This document shows, one piece after another, positions 24,634-34,711 of a stretch of 64,000 bases of DNA (position 1 is the stretch's first letter; each line of letters starts with the position of its first letter). The DNA is from a virus: positions 1 to 64,000 of the IMG/VR virus record IMGVR_UViG_3300021142_000014, one strand, 5' to 3'. Both the position numbers and the translations under genes were made by a program. The notes below the pieces were generated by a model. That model searched no databases, was not told the DNA's origin, and saw only the letters and a list, made by a program, of their open reading frames with translations.

Positions 24634-25566
24634 TTACTTATCTTCAAGGATACCAGAGTCTTGGATACTATTCCAGGATTTGTTGGTAGCCTTTTGATCT
24701 CTACGTTGTTCTAGCTTATTTTTGAGAGCATCAATAGCAGCAGGAGCCTTCTTTTTGATTGCCATCCCACCAGCTGCGTTAGCTGCAAGATCAAGCATAG
24801 ACTTAAGCTCTGTGCCAGCAGGTGCGTCTGTACCATGTGGTCCAGGGTGTCCTGCTACGTTAGCAATATCTTGTCCCAAGCCTTTTACATAATTAAAAGC
24901 AGTTTCGGCCACAGCCCTAGCGCCGTGACCCAAAGCATCAATCATCGGTAGATGCTCTACGATTCCTGCTTCTTTTTCAATAGCATAACGTTCATCAAAA
25001 GATCCTATGCGTTCTGGTAGGGGTGGTGTTCCATAGTTAATCTTAGAAGAATTAGCATTAACTGTAGCAGCGTTTGCAGAACTACTCTTAGAAACAGCAT
25101 CATTGTGATTACTAATAAGTTGCGTAGCAAATTCTGCACCTCTTGCAGAAGTGCTTGAACCAGTATCAGAAGGACCATGGCCGGGGGCATTGTTCTTAAT
25201 CATATTACTAGTGAGGGAGTGTGCATTAGCAGCATCAAGGTGAAGATTGGCAGCACTAGTATGAGCTGCAGATACTATTGGGTCAATATTTTTTAATGCA
25301 TTAGCAATATTATTGTGTTGTTGATAAGAACGTTGGTGAGCTTGACTTGCCATTAATGAAGCTGGTCCCATTTGACCTTGTCCAGCAACAGCATTTCTAA
25401 CATCAGAATGTCGAACTGCAGCATTATTAAGTCCCATCCCCAGAGTGTTTTGCTTAACTACATCATGATTAAGGGTTCCTAAGTAGTGCTCAGCAACAGG
25501 AGAGACTTGTTGACTTTGAGCACCTGCTTCTTTTTTAGAGGCATATTTTTCATTCCAATTTTTCAT
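24634..25566 (-). CDS. MKNWNEKYA-tagged Ala/His/Asn-rich protein (start moved to 25566)
   Basis: MKNWNEKYASKKEAG and internal FDERYAIEKEAG; AAAGGA upstream. Confidence 0.8.
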   Translation of the reverse strand: MKNWNEKYASKKEAGAQSQQVSPVAEHYLGTLNHDVVKQNTLGMGLNNAAVRHSDVRNAVAGQGQMGPASLMASQAHQRSYQQHNNIANALKNIDPIVSAAHTSAANLHLDAANAHSLTSNMIKNNAPGHGPSDTGSSTSARGAEFATQLISNHNDAVSKSSSANAATVNANSSKINYGTPPLPERIGSFDERYAIEKEAGIVEHLPMIDALGHGARAVAETAFNYVKGLGQDIANVAGHPGPHGTDAPAGTELKSMLDLAANAAGGMAIKKKAPAAIDALKNKLEQRRDQKATNKSWNSIQDSGILEDK

Positions 25567-25580
25567 TGTATTATCCTTTA

Positions 25581-26933
25581 TTAATCGTTCCAATAAGCAC
25601 TATCTGCAGCATCATTACGTTTTTTATTATCACGGTTCTTCTTACATTCATCAGCATCTGCGCAATGTAAACCACATTTTTCACAGACCTTTTTGTTTTT
25701 ATTAGCTAAAGCTTCCATGCGTTCTTTAACATCTTGAATAGTAGTTAGCTTTTGGCTACCACCTGAATTAAATGTTGTCATAGTATTTTCTTTCTTTGCA
25801 TTAAAACGACGAGTCTTATTTCTTGTATCTTCTTCTGGGTTATATTCTTGTTGTCCTCTTTGTTCACGAGTGAAGTAGCCACCACGAGGAACTGCTTCAA
25901 ATTCACTAGAGAATTCATATGTTGTAGGAAAACCTTTGATTGTACTACCAGGTGTTTCGACAATCTTTTTCTTAGGTCCACCAGGCAGTGTGCTTGGTAG
26001 AGTTTCAGTTGGAGTCTCCTGCCTTTTTCGCATCTTCCATCCCGGTGCAAGGCGTTGAACCTTCTTTTTAAATAGAGTAGTTAAAAACTTTTTACTATCA
26101 TCGCCTGTTACAACTGGTGTATATGGATCATAGAAGCTAGTAAAGTCATACTTGTGAGCATTGCCTAGGTGCTTCTGCCAATTACCAAGGATGCCATGGG
26201 CAGCTGCGACTGCAGAGCTTTGACTAGATCTTGTCTTATTACCTGACATAAAATCATCATGAATATTTGCCAACAGCTCATCTTCAGATTTACCAGCATC
26301 TTCTGGTTTAGTAGACGTACTCATCATTGAAGCATTGTCGAGGTGTTCTTTATATTTTGCTACGTGAGATTTTATTGCAGAAAGGTATTGGTTGCATACA
26401 CCACAATTATTTACATTGTAATGTGGTTGGTTAGCAGCAGATGTTTGAGACTGTTGCATAAGACCTTGGCTCTCTTTGAATTGAGAACCTAATTCATTAT
26501 CGCTGATACCCAAATCCCTGTGACTCATACCTGCACCATAGAGGTGAGATAATAGATGGTTTTGGAACTCATGGTTGGAATCAGCAGTAGGAGTTGTTCT
26601 TTGCAGAGTAGCAAGAGTGTTTACATTTTCTGTTCGTTTAGAAGCATCTGGCTCATTCATAAGATCAAGCCATTTATTAACAACAGTCTTATGGAATTCT
26701 TTTTTTGCCTCAGTGCTAGATGGTGTAGATTGGATCTGCTCTCGTACTTCTTCAGGCTTTGCGTCCCTAGGTATTCTTATAGATGGTGTACTAGGTGCAA
26801 CGATACCTAACTTCTCTGCGCAATTGCATGAGCTAGGGTCTGCTATTTCAAAAGGCTTTGGGTTAGCAACTTCTGTAGAAAATCCAGCGGCTTCTTTAAT
26901 ATTCTTTCTTTTAAAAACATCAAATAATTTCAT
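25581..26933 (-). CDS. Hypothetical (putative virion) protein
   Basis: 450 aa; KEAAG near the N-terminus; CxxC motifs. Confidence 0.8.
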   Translation of the reverse strand: MKLFDVFKRKNIKEAAGFSTEVANPKPFEIADPSSCNCAEKLGIVAPSTPSIRIPRDAKPEEVREQIQSTPSSTEAKKEFHKTVVNKWLDLMNEPDASKRTENVNTLATLQRTTPTADSNHEFQNHLLSHLYGAGMSHRDLGISDNELGSQFKESQGLMQQSQTSAANQPHYNVNNCGVCNQYLSAIKSHVAKYKEHLDNASMMSTSTKPEDAGKSEDELLANIHDDFMSGNKTRSSQSSAVAAAHGILGNWQKHLGNAHKYDFTSFYDPYTPVVTGDDSKKFLTTLFKKKVQRLAPGWKMRKRQETPTETLPSTLPGGPKKKIVETPGSTIKGFPTTYEFSSEFEAVPRGGYFTREQRGQQEYNPEEDTRNKTRRFNAKKENTMTTFNSGGSQKLTTIQDVKERMEALANKNKKVCEKCGLHCADADECKKNRDNKKRNDAADSAYWND

Positions 26934-27757
26934 TAGTAAACGTCCGTCGTTCTTCCATGATCAACACCAAAATAATCTCGATGCACACCGCCACCTTTAC
27001 CATTTGTTTCAATGTAATCTTTTTCATAAGCATCATTTAGCTTATCTGCAACAGATCTCATAGCAGTAGCCATTTTTGCATGACCATAATTATCTCTATC
27101 ATAGTCTCTATTGTCATAAGTAGCTATGTCATTGCCTTGTGATTCCTGATGAGCAGCCCAACTATTTAGTGTAGTAATAAGGTTTTTAACATGCAGACTG
27201 CGCATGCCATCACCTGTATTTGGATCACGAGAAGTTATGCCTTTCAAAGCTTTGTTTAGCTCCTCTTGGTGATTAACACATTCTTGACAATGCCTACAGT
27301 GATCTTCTAAACAAGGTTCTAATGTTTCTCTAGAAAGTGTTGGCACTCTTAAATCTTCCATACCACTAGTGGGCGCTTTATCTCTTAGATAACCAGATGT
27401 AGATTCACCACCACTTTGGTTGTTTAACTTAAGACAAGGAATTGGTTGTCCTTGTTCATCACGTGTTCTAATACGAAATAGCGTACCTAGTGTTGGTGAT
27501 GATTGTGATGTTTGATTAAATGCTTCAGTAAATCTTGGAGAATTACCAAATGTGTGGTTAGTTCCATCAAAGCTGTGAGTTAAAACAGGAAAACCTCGCT
27601 CACCTAGCTTAGTTACGCTTTCAGCATTCTTTTGAAGATTTTTATAAAGAAATGATCCATTGTAAAAATCATTACTAGTTATTGAATCAGACAAATGTTT
27701 GGATGTTCTTTTGCCATAATCTTGGCCAAGCTTACTTATTTCAGGTTCGTTTAACAT
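26933..27757 (-). CDS. Hypothetical protein (start probably MLNEP)
   Basis: Avoids overlap with the upstream gene; HCRHCQEC motif. Confidence 0.7.
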   Translation of the reverse strand: MLNEPEISKLGQDYGKRTSKHLSDSITSNDFYNGSFLYKNLQKNAESVTKLGERGFPVLTHSFDGTNHTFGNSPRFTEAFNQTSQSSPTLGTLFRIRTRDEQGQPIPCLKLNNQSGGESTSGYLRDKAPTSGMEDLRVPTLSRETLEPCLEDHCRHCQECVNHQEELNKALKGITSRDPNTGDGMRSLHVKNLITTLNSWAAHQESQGNDIATYDNRDYDRDNYGHAKMATAMRSVADKLNDAYEKDYIETNGKGGGVHRDYFGVDHGRTTDVY

Positions 27758-27764
27758 GGCAACT

Positions 27765-28229
27765 TTAGTTTCTTCTTCTTCTTGCACCCTCAGGGTTGCC
27801 TTCAGAGTTCCAGCCAGTACAGTTGTTCTTGCATACACGGCCAACAAATGGTGGTACGTTGATCTTTATTTGTTTAGTTTGGCTAGGCTTCTTAGGCTTA
27901 CCACAGTTACGGCATTCAACGTTCCTACTAGGGCCTGCTAGACCAAGTTTTGTTAGCACGATGTCTCTACGAGAAGCATAGACCGTGGGAGCACCATAGT
28001 TATTAAAATCGTCACTCTCAATTAAATCACGAGAATGTAGCTGACGTTGGATATCACTATCGTTATCGCTGATTTGGGTCAAAGACTCACGCATATCTGG
28101 ATTGGAAGAATTTGGGTCATACATACCAGTAACACGCTCTGGATACGGCAAGATATATGATGGAACATCCTGGGTGGAGACAGCTTTGATGCCTCTTTTG
28201 TATCTTTTTGGTGACCCGTTGTTTGCCAT
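27765..28229 (-). CDS. Hypothetical protein with C-terminal Zn ribbon
   Basis: CRNC...CKNNC. Confidence 0.7.
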   Translation of the reverse strand: MANNGSPKRYKRGIKAVSTQDVPSYILPYPERVTGMYDPNSSNPDMRESLTQISDNDSDIQRQLHSRDLIESDDFNNYGAPTVYASRRDIVLTKLGLAGPSRNVECRNCGKPKKPSQTKQIKINVPPFVGRVCKNNCTGWNSEGNPEGARRRRN

Positions 28230-28308
28230 GAATATAACCTTGCTTAACCTACACCAACTTTGGCGATTTAACGCTTATTTTACATTAAAACATGGAAAAT
28301 TGAGTGTT

Positions 28309-29037
28309 TTACAGATCTTCTTCTAATAGATCTTCATCGACATAATCATCTATATCGATATCAGCTTCTTTCAGAGCCTGTGGATTCTTATGCTTCTTAT
28401 CAGCAGTTTGGAACTCTTCAATCTTACGGAAGAGTGCTTCCTTCATATCTGGAGGCAACACTTCACGAACAGCCATAAGGATAATATCCAATTGGTTAAT
28501 AAGCTCTTCTGGACGATAGTCTTCCTGTCCTTCTTTCTCAAGCTTTTGCAGTCTTTCCATGGCTTCCATGGTCTGGTTCAAGGTTGGTTGGGTGTGACCC
28601 TTAGCAATCTCTTCCCATCCCTTGGCTACAATAACTTCATAAAACGCTTCAGCAGTGAGTAATCTTTCACTGGTATCTAGGATGCTACGATTCTTTTCAC
28701 GAGCACGACGCTCAACAGTCTCTCTGACCATTGCTTTATCAAAAGGAAGATGCCGCTTTTGATGGTTGCGAATATTTTCATAATTTATACGGTCATCACC
28801 TTCGATGCCTAGCTTATCCTGTAGTGACTGGATAGACTGGAGGACCTCTTTGTATGTCTTTGGGAACAATAGAAGTGAATCAATAATGTTCCTGAGGTCT
28901 TCACTGGTATTACAAATCTTGCACTGTGATGAATATTTATACAGATATAGTTCACCGTCAATCTCTTCACTCAATAGCTCTTGAGTAGTAGGAGTCATGT
29001 GAACTAATTCTTTGTATTCTTTAGTTCTTCTGTCCAT
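28309..29037 (-). CDS. Hypothetical protein, possible terminase small subunit / DNA-binding protein
   Basis: CKIC...NH..RH Zn/HTH-like N-part and acidic tail; function inferred. Confidence 0.55.
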   Translation of the reverse strand: MDRRTKEYKELVHMTPTTQELLSEEIDGELYLYKYSSQCKICNTSEDLRNIIDSLLLFPKTYKEVLQSIQSLQDKLGIEGDDRINYENIRNHQKRHLPFDKAMVRETVERRAREKNRSILDTSERLLTAEAFYEVIVAKGWEEIAKGHTQPTLNQTMEAMERLQKLEKEGQEDYRPEELINQLDIILMAVREVLPPDMKEALFRKIEEFQTADKKHKNPQALKEADIDIDDYVDEDLLEEDL

Positions 29038-29416
29038 CGGTACCCTCTGGTTTCTTATCTTCTGGCTTAGTGTTATTATCACCCGTCAATAGATTATTCT
29101 TATCAACGTGAACACGGCGAAAAACACCTTGTCTTGGAGGTAGATCATCCCACCCACCAATAAGTTTGCTTTGTACTTCTCGTCTTCTGCGACGCTCTAA
29201 TTGGTAATCACTGAGGAATCCCCAGTCTCTAGTGGCATCACGACCAGCTTCTTCACGAAGATCTAGAAGTATGCGGTGACCAAACCAATCGAGTCTTGCA
29301 CTCATATTCATCTCATCCCAGTTTTGTGGGAGTCGTTCTCTATACTGTTCTTCTAGAATAGAGTATTGTTCGTAAGAAGACTTTAGTCTATCTCCGATTT
29401 CCACACTGTCTCGCAT
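29021..29416 (-). CDS. Hypothetical protein
   Basis: Start moved to reduce overlap. Confidence 0.6.
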   Translation of the reverse strand: MRDSVEIGDRLKSSYEQYSILEEQYRERLPQNWDEMNMSARLDWFGHRILLDLREEAGRDATRDWGFLSDYQLERRRRREVQSKLIGGWDDLPPRQGVFRRVHVDKNNLLTGDNNTKPEDKKPEGTDGQKN

Positions 29417-29751
29417 AATGTCTTCAGAGCTTTCCTCTTGTACATTCCCACTTGACTGCTCCACTTCGTGAAGCCCATTATCCTCGCTACTTCTACTTCT
29501 TTTCGATTTTCCAAACATGATAGTACGACTGCTTGCTTCTGGCGAGGAGGCAAGCGATCTATTCCTTTCAAAATGTCATAGATGTTGACGGTAATTCCAT
29601 TCAACAGTTGCAACTCAGGGTTTCCTGTTGTTTGATAGACTTCATACCATTCCCAATAATTATTTAAAAGTCGTTCAAGAATTTGCCATGTCATCTTTCC
29701 TCTGATGACTTCTTGTTTACGACTTTTTCTTTGAGGTGGTGTGTCGCTCAT
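29383..29751 (-). CDS. Sigma-70 region-4-like HTH protein
   Basis: IDRLPPRQKQAVVL...EVARIMG...RKALKTL. Confidence 0.8.
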   Translation of the reverse strand: MSDTPPQRKSRKQEVIRGKMTWQILERLLNNYWEWYEVYQTTGNPELQLLNGITVNIYDILKGIDRLPPRQKQAVVLSCLENRKEVEVARIMGFTKWSSQVGMYKRKALKTLCETVWKSEID

Positions 29752-30308
29752 GTTCTATACCCAGAACGATAGATCTTGTTTTGTATGTGTCTTTGTGTAG
29801 CTTTTAGACTTTGTACTTTGTCATTGATAATACGCCATGCAGCATATTGAACAAAGTAGAAATAACGATCATCACGAGTTTCCATTCGTGCACGAGCAGT
29901 TAAATCATTAGTAGTTCCATTACCCTTACGGTAGTTCTCCCAATACTTATCGTCTAGCATATAATAACTAAACTGTGCTTTAAGATACCTACGAGTAACT
30001 TCTTCTTCAATTGATACTATTGTGCTTTGCAGGTTAAGAAACAAACGTTCAGCTTCTGCTTCACCCATGTTAGCATCAGTGTTAAACTTAGCTATGATAA
30101 CTTCAGCAGGATTAAGATAATCATATAAGAATTGCTCTACGATAACTTCTATGCTATCTAGCATTTCTTTTTCTTCTGGACGATCTTTCCAGTCAAACGC
30201 ACGGACTGCAAACGAATGAAGTTCATTGAACTTATCGTTATGCTCCATGCCGAGCTCTGGCTCTGTGAGCCCACTTAGTCCCTTGCGTAATGATCTGTTA
30301 TTATTCAT
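29748..30308 (-). CDS. Hypothetical helical protein
   Basis: 186 aa in the operon. Confidence 0.75.
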   Translation of the reverse strand: MNNNRSLRKGLSGLTEPELGMEHNDKFNELHSFAVRAFDWKDRPEEKEMLDSIEVIVEQFLYDYLNPAEVIIAKFNTDANMGEAEAERLFLNLQSTIVSIEEEVTRRYLKAQFSYYMLDDKYWENYRKGNGTTNDLTARARMETRDDRYFYFVQYAAWRIINDKVQSLKATQRHIQNKIYRSGYRT

Positions 30309-30348
30309 CTCTGCAATTTTAGATGAACTAAACTAATTTGTAAAGGGT

Positions 30349-30693
30349 TTAATGGTTATTTTGATAAAAAGAATATAGATCAATCCACTGCTCTAGAGTC
30401 ATGACAACATATGCTTCTTTGGCGCTCTTATTACGTCGTTTAATGATGCTAATACCAAATCGCTTCTTGGCATTCTTTTGCTCAACCAATGCTTCATCCA
30501 TAATTGAAGCTAGGGTAATCTTTGCTACATTTTTGCATTCAACGGCTGTATCTTTAACACCATTGATATCACCCTTATCAAGAGTGGCTCCAGCACCGTA
30601 ACGTCGTTCCACTTCTTGGTAGCCACGCTCATTAAAGTACTTAGCTACATCTCTTTCCCATTGAGAACCTTTAGCCTTCTGTGGCGAAGTCAT
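30349..30693 (-). CDS. Holliday junction resolvase (PD-(D/E)xK type)
   Basis: KAKGSQWERDV...DKGDI...VECKN. Confidence 0.85.
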   Translation of the reverse strand: MTSPQKAKGSQWERDVAKYFNERGYQEVERRYGAGATLDKGDINGVKDTAVECKNVAKITLASIMDEALVEQKNAKKRFGISIIKRRNKSAKEAYVVMTLEQWIDLYSFYQNNH

Positions 30694-30836
30694 CAGCCAC
30701 GCAACTTAAAAGCTTCAGCCTTATAGTCATGCACTAATCGAACACCACAATCAGGACAGAAAATGTTCTTATAAGGTTCTTCTACAACCTCACCAGCAAG
30801 ATTGGTAAACTTATTAATGTGCAAACATTCGGTCAT
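30693..30836 (-). CDS. Small Zn-ribbon protein
   Basis: MTECLH...FCPDCG. Confidence 0.55.
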   Translation of the reverse strand: MTECLHINKFTNLAGEVVEEPYKNIFCPDCGVRLVHDYKAEAFKLRG

Positions 30837-30843
30837 GTTTAAT

Positions 30844-31836
30844 TTAAAGAATATCCAAGTCAGACCAACCATAGGGTCCGCAAGCTTCACCGATGAGCAA
30901 TGTAAGCAACCCTGGTGGGTTTGCCTTACCTGTTGTACTAGTGTACCAATGCGAACCACCGTCAGCTGCAGGTGACATAAACACTTGTCGTCCAGATGCA
31001 GATGATGCCACAAAGTGATGAAGGTGTCCACAGAACAAAATATCTGCTTCTGAAATAGGCTGACGAGTCATTGTCTGTCCCATCCACCATGTTTCAATTC
31101 TTCCAATGCTACCGTTTGTCTTTGTCCAACCTTTGTTTCCATTGCGGAAAGTGTGACCATGAGCGAATCCACACTTAACACCAGAAATATCTAGTGTCAT
31201 TGTAAGATCTTGTGCAATAGCACCCAGTGGGATGTCAACGTTTGCGTAACGCTCTGGATTGTGTTCAATGATTTCCTGAATACCATCAAAGATAGCAAGG
31301 TCATCGTTATCAGTCCACGTTGTGTAAGCTTTGCCATATGAGTTTCGGTTTTCCCCATGGTTACCGGGAACAGCACCTAGAACAACACGGTATCCTTCGT
31401 CAACCAATCGATCAACAAAGTTCATAACAAGGCGTCGAGCTAAACGCATTTGCTCTCGACGGTCTAAATCTGTATTAAACGCCTGCATGTCGTAGTGTCC
31501 CGAGCATTGCTCAATTAAATCACCCAAACCCACAAGATAAACGGTAGAGATATCTCTACCAATCTTTGTTAGTTCCTTTAGGCGCAACATAAGACGGTCT
31601 TGGAATTGTCCAATGCGTTCTGCAATAGCTTCGCTTCCGCCGCCTTCTTTCTTTCCAGCCTGCCAGTCACTTAAAAGAACCAACATAGATATTTCACCTT
31701 GTGGACGAACAGGTTTTCCTGGCTTACGCTTAGCAACTGCTTTGCATAGATCGCTTAGATCTTCACCGTCAACCTCCATAGGCTCCATACGGTAACGATA
31801 AAATTCGCTGAGATCTAGTTTGTTTTTACTTGGCAC
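30844..31836 (-). CDS. Calcineurin-like metallophosphoesterase (Mre11-like); start uncertain
   Basis: SDWQ, GDLIE, GNHGE, HGH, GHLHH. Confidence 0.85.
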   Translation of the reverse strand: MPSKNKLDLSEFYRYRMEPMEVDGEDLSDLCKAVAKRKPGKPVRPQGEISMLVLLSDWQAGKKEGGGSEAIAERIGQFQDRLMLRLKELTKIGRDISTVYLVGLGDLIEQCSGHYDMQAFNTDLDRREQMRLARRLVMNFVDRLVDEGYRVVLGAVPGNHGENRNSYGKAYTTWTDNDDLAIFDGIQEIIEHNPERYANVDIPLGAIAQDLTMTLDISGVKCGFAHGHTFRNGNKGWTKTNGSIGRIETWWMGQTMTRQPISEADILFCGHLHHFVASSASGRQVFMSPAADGGSHWYTSTTGKANPPGLLTLLIGEACGPYGWSDLDIL

Positions 31837-32056
31837 AGACACACTCTTTTGAACGGTGACGCAGAATTGCAGGGTGTTTGGCATCTACGCCACGCTTCTG
31901 AATAAAGCGCACAATAGCCATAGCATTGATAGACTTTTCTTCTAACGCAGCAATAACTTTTTCTTTATCTTCTTTGTTTAGCTTATCGATGAGACGACCA
32001 GCAATACATTGCTTATCGACTACTTCAAAAAATTCGCTTAAATCAGGATTAGGCAT
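31826..32056 (-). CDS. Small HTH-like protein
   Basis: SD AAAGGAG; C...RHRSKECVC. Confidence 0.7.
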   Translation of the reverse strand: MPNPDLSEFFEVVDKQCIAGRLIDKLNKEDKEKVIAALEEKSINAMAIVRFIQKRGVDAKHPAILRHRSKECVCAK

Positions 32057-32078
32057 GCATCTCCTTTGTTATGAATAT

Positions 32079-32107
32079 ATCTTACACGATTGCAACGACG
32101 ATTGCAA
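32079..32107 (-). promoter_or_regulatory. SigA-type promoter TTGCAA-N17-TAAGAT overlapping a tandem TTGCAATCGT repeat
   Basis: Intergenic, upstream of 32056. Confidence 0.55.
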
Positions 32108-32176
32108 ATCGTATTCATTATACATAATGCTATAACATTTTACCATATATTTTACTTATTAATTTCAAATTATTCG

Positions 32177-32923
32177 TCAATTCCAATAGCTACAAATCTT
32201 ACGTGCAGGACAACTGAGAAAGACTTCATCAGTAGGGCCATTGCAACAATGTTTAAGTTCAGAATTATCATTCTTACCGATAGCAACTCTCACTCTATCC
32301 CATTTATCATATAGTTTGTCAAGCTCATCTTGATCTTTCATCACTTCAATCGTTTTGATTTTATGAGGATAAGATTTTTGGATAAATAACAATGCCATGC
32401 GGTCAGGAGCACCAGGGCAATTATCCTGATAGGTTCTTAGCTGCATTTGGTATTGATAGCTAGCTTCTTTAGGTAATTGATTACAACTTTTTATATCTAC
32501 TAAGAATTGTTCTCCATCTGGAGTTCGTAGTTTCAAGATATCTACTGCGCCAGCGCACATTCTTTCTTCGTTTTTGAACTTTACTTCTACTTCTTCCATA
32601 GTCGTAAAACCTAAATGGATTAACATGCTCTGAATAATACTGTGAAAAGCTGAACCCACTTGAAAGGTCATTTGCAGTGTTGGACTTATTCTTTCTTCTT
32701 GACATTGTAACCTCAATTCTGGATGGAATTTATAATATAATTGCAACTCACCAGCTGTTACGTCTGATGAGGGGTGATACATGTTATCAAACTTACGTTC
32801 TTTATTAAATACCTTTACAGGGTATTCTTCAGGCCAATCAGCATGAAGCAAAGCTTCCTCAATATGAGGAGTAATTGGTTCATTGTTTTGGTATGTTGCT
32901 AGAGTGCGCTCTAGGAAACTCAT
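32177..32923 (-). CDS. Cas4-like PD-(D/E)xK exonuclease
   Basis: GSAFH, GAVD, VDIKS, QLRTY, terminal Cys cluster. Confidence 0.8.
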   Translation of the reverse strand: MSFLERTLATYQNNEPITPHIEEALLHADWPEEYPVKVFNKERKFDNMYHPSSDVTAGELQLYYKFHPELRLQCQEERISPTLQMTFQVGSAFHSIIQSMLIHLGFTTMEEVEVKFKNEERMCAGAVDILKLRTPDGEQFLVDIKSCNQLPKEASYQYQMQLRTYQDNCPGAPDRMALLFIQKSYPHKIKTIEVMKDQDELDKLYDKWDRVRVAIGKNDNSELKHCCNGPTDEVFLSCPARKICSYWN

Positions 32924-33132
32924 TCTTTGTCTTTCTTCCAGTTTAGATAGTTTCTAATATATGCACCCATATATAGAGCAGAGGCAAAAATAAAACCATA
33001 TTGTTTTGTATGTAAAGCATAGGCTACCCAAAGGCATTCATTCAAGAATAAGATAACCCATCCATAGATATTTTTACTACCTATAGTAAAGACACCGAAG
33101 CCTCCGACGACTGCCAGTATCCATGACCACAT
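32920..33132 (-). CDS. Small membrane protein (PnuC-like half)
   Basis: Three hydrophobic segments; GW...N..LW..YA....QYG. Confidence 0.65.
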   Translation of the reverse strand: MWSWILAVVGGFGVFTIGSKNIYGWVILFLNECLWVAYALHTKQYGFIFASALYMGAYIRNYLNWKKDKE

Positions 33133-33551
33133 TATTCTTTTTCTTTCAATCTTAAATAGTCTTCGTATAATTCAAGAAAATCATCTTTATCCATTACTAT
33201 TAGATCAAGTTCGACCGGTAGAGTCTCAGCAGTGTTTTCTCGTTCACCCCACTCAGTCATTTCAATAGTAGGGCCATACAAACGTACAGCGAGCACTGGT
33301 CGACTAAGCCAACTTTTATTTTGAGCGTGACTCTTAACAGTATTCCAAATAGTTTTAGTAATAGAAAAACTAGAACTTTGTGTGCTCTTGCATTCAATCA
33401 TAAACTCTATCTTTTGATGTTCTTGTGTTTGAAGGTCTGCCTTCTCCCACTTAGCACCTGAACCAATAGTTCTCTTGGCCATTGGCCATTGTTCTTCTAG
33501 CTCACGCTCTTGACGTTGGCTAAATTTCTGTTGGAACTTCCCCATTTTCAC
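33132..33551 (-). CDS. PD-(D/E)xK endonuclease (resolvase-like)
   Basis: GSGA..EKAD...IECK. Confidence 0.75.
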   Translation of the reverse strand: MKMGKFQQKFSQRQERELEEQWPMAKRTIGSGAKWEKADLQTQEHQKIEFMIECKSTQSSSFSITKTIWNTVKSHAQNKSWLSRPVLAVRLYGPTIEMTEWGERENTAETLPVELDLIVMDKDDFLELYEDYLRLKEKE

Positions 33552-34339
33552 TTTCTAATTCATTAATCCATCCAAGTACAATATGGTAAGTATCATAACG
33601 CCCTCTATCGTAACTGTGGTATGTGTTATCAGCACCTGTCTCCATAAAACCTTCAAGATTTTTTAGAGCTTCAACTATTAATTGTTTGACTGGTTTCATT
33701 GTTTTCCTCCGCAGGTTCGGCTGCTTAGTTTTATTCTTCAAACGTTGGTTTTATTGTGTTATATTGAATAGCAAATTGATTTTGCCTTGGATCGCACCAA
33801 GTATCATTGGTCTCATCATGCACCCACCAAACATTACCAACGTGCACTTTTTTCTTACAACGTTCACAAATCATGAATCTATTTCACCACATTTACTGCA
33901 TACTTGGGATAGGTCTGTTCTTAAATTGAGGCAGGTTGGGCATCTATATTCATCCATAGCATTGTATAATGCATAATTACAAAATTCTTCAAGATCCATA
34001 CCGTACATTGATGCTGCTGTTTTAATTTTTTCTGTTGCAGCATCATCTAATTCAATTTCAAACGATACCCAATTTGTTTTATCCTTAGCACGGAATTCTG
34101 TTAACCATGATTGTGGATCTATCATTCTGCTACGCTCCTTAAAAAACATTCTGGATTATTTGCTAAATCAGCATCATCATGAACCCAATAAATATTGTTT
34201 CCTTCAGTGATAAGCCGAAGATCTTCATTGCATTCAGGACACTTATTATATCCCATTATAGCCTACCACTCCAAAAAACACCAATTGCAAAAACAAATAA
34301 TGAGATTAACAATATTGAATTTAAAATAACACGCATGAA

Positions 34340-34711
34340 TTAACCTTTATTATTTTCTTCTCTAAATAATACCAGAGCAATAATTGTATAAGTTGCTAGA
34401 TCAAGCAAAGAATCTTCAATACTTTCATTGACTAAATTTTGGCCACGAGCTGCTGCTTGGAGCCGTTTAATCTTGTCCGTTCCTCTAGTCATACAGCCTA
34501 TCCAACCTGGGATACCCCACTCTTCGCTTGCTCTTACATTTGCGAATGGGTCACCTTTTTTCCCATAGTCCGCTTGCTTTTTATCATGCATAGATTGTAT
34601 TTCTTTAAGAATCTGTTGGAATGGAGTTAAATGGTCATGGTCATCTAAAGGAACATCATCAGCAAATTTTATTTTTTCATCATACCAATAATTATTATTT
34701 GGTTTTTCCAT
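34340..34711 (-). CDS. DUF1599-like nucleotide-modification-associated protein
   Basis: KKQADYG..DPFAN...DK..RL...ESIEDSLLDLATY. Confidence 0.75.
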   Translation of the reverse strand: MEKPNNNYWYDEKIKFADDVPLDDHDHLTPFQQILKEIQSMHDKKQADYGKKGDPFANVRASEEWGIPGWIGCMTRGTDKIKRLQAAARGQNLVNESIEDSLLDLATYTIIALVLFREENNKG

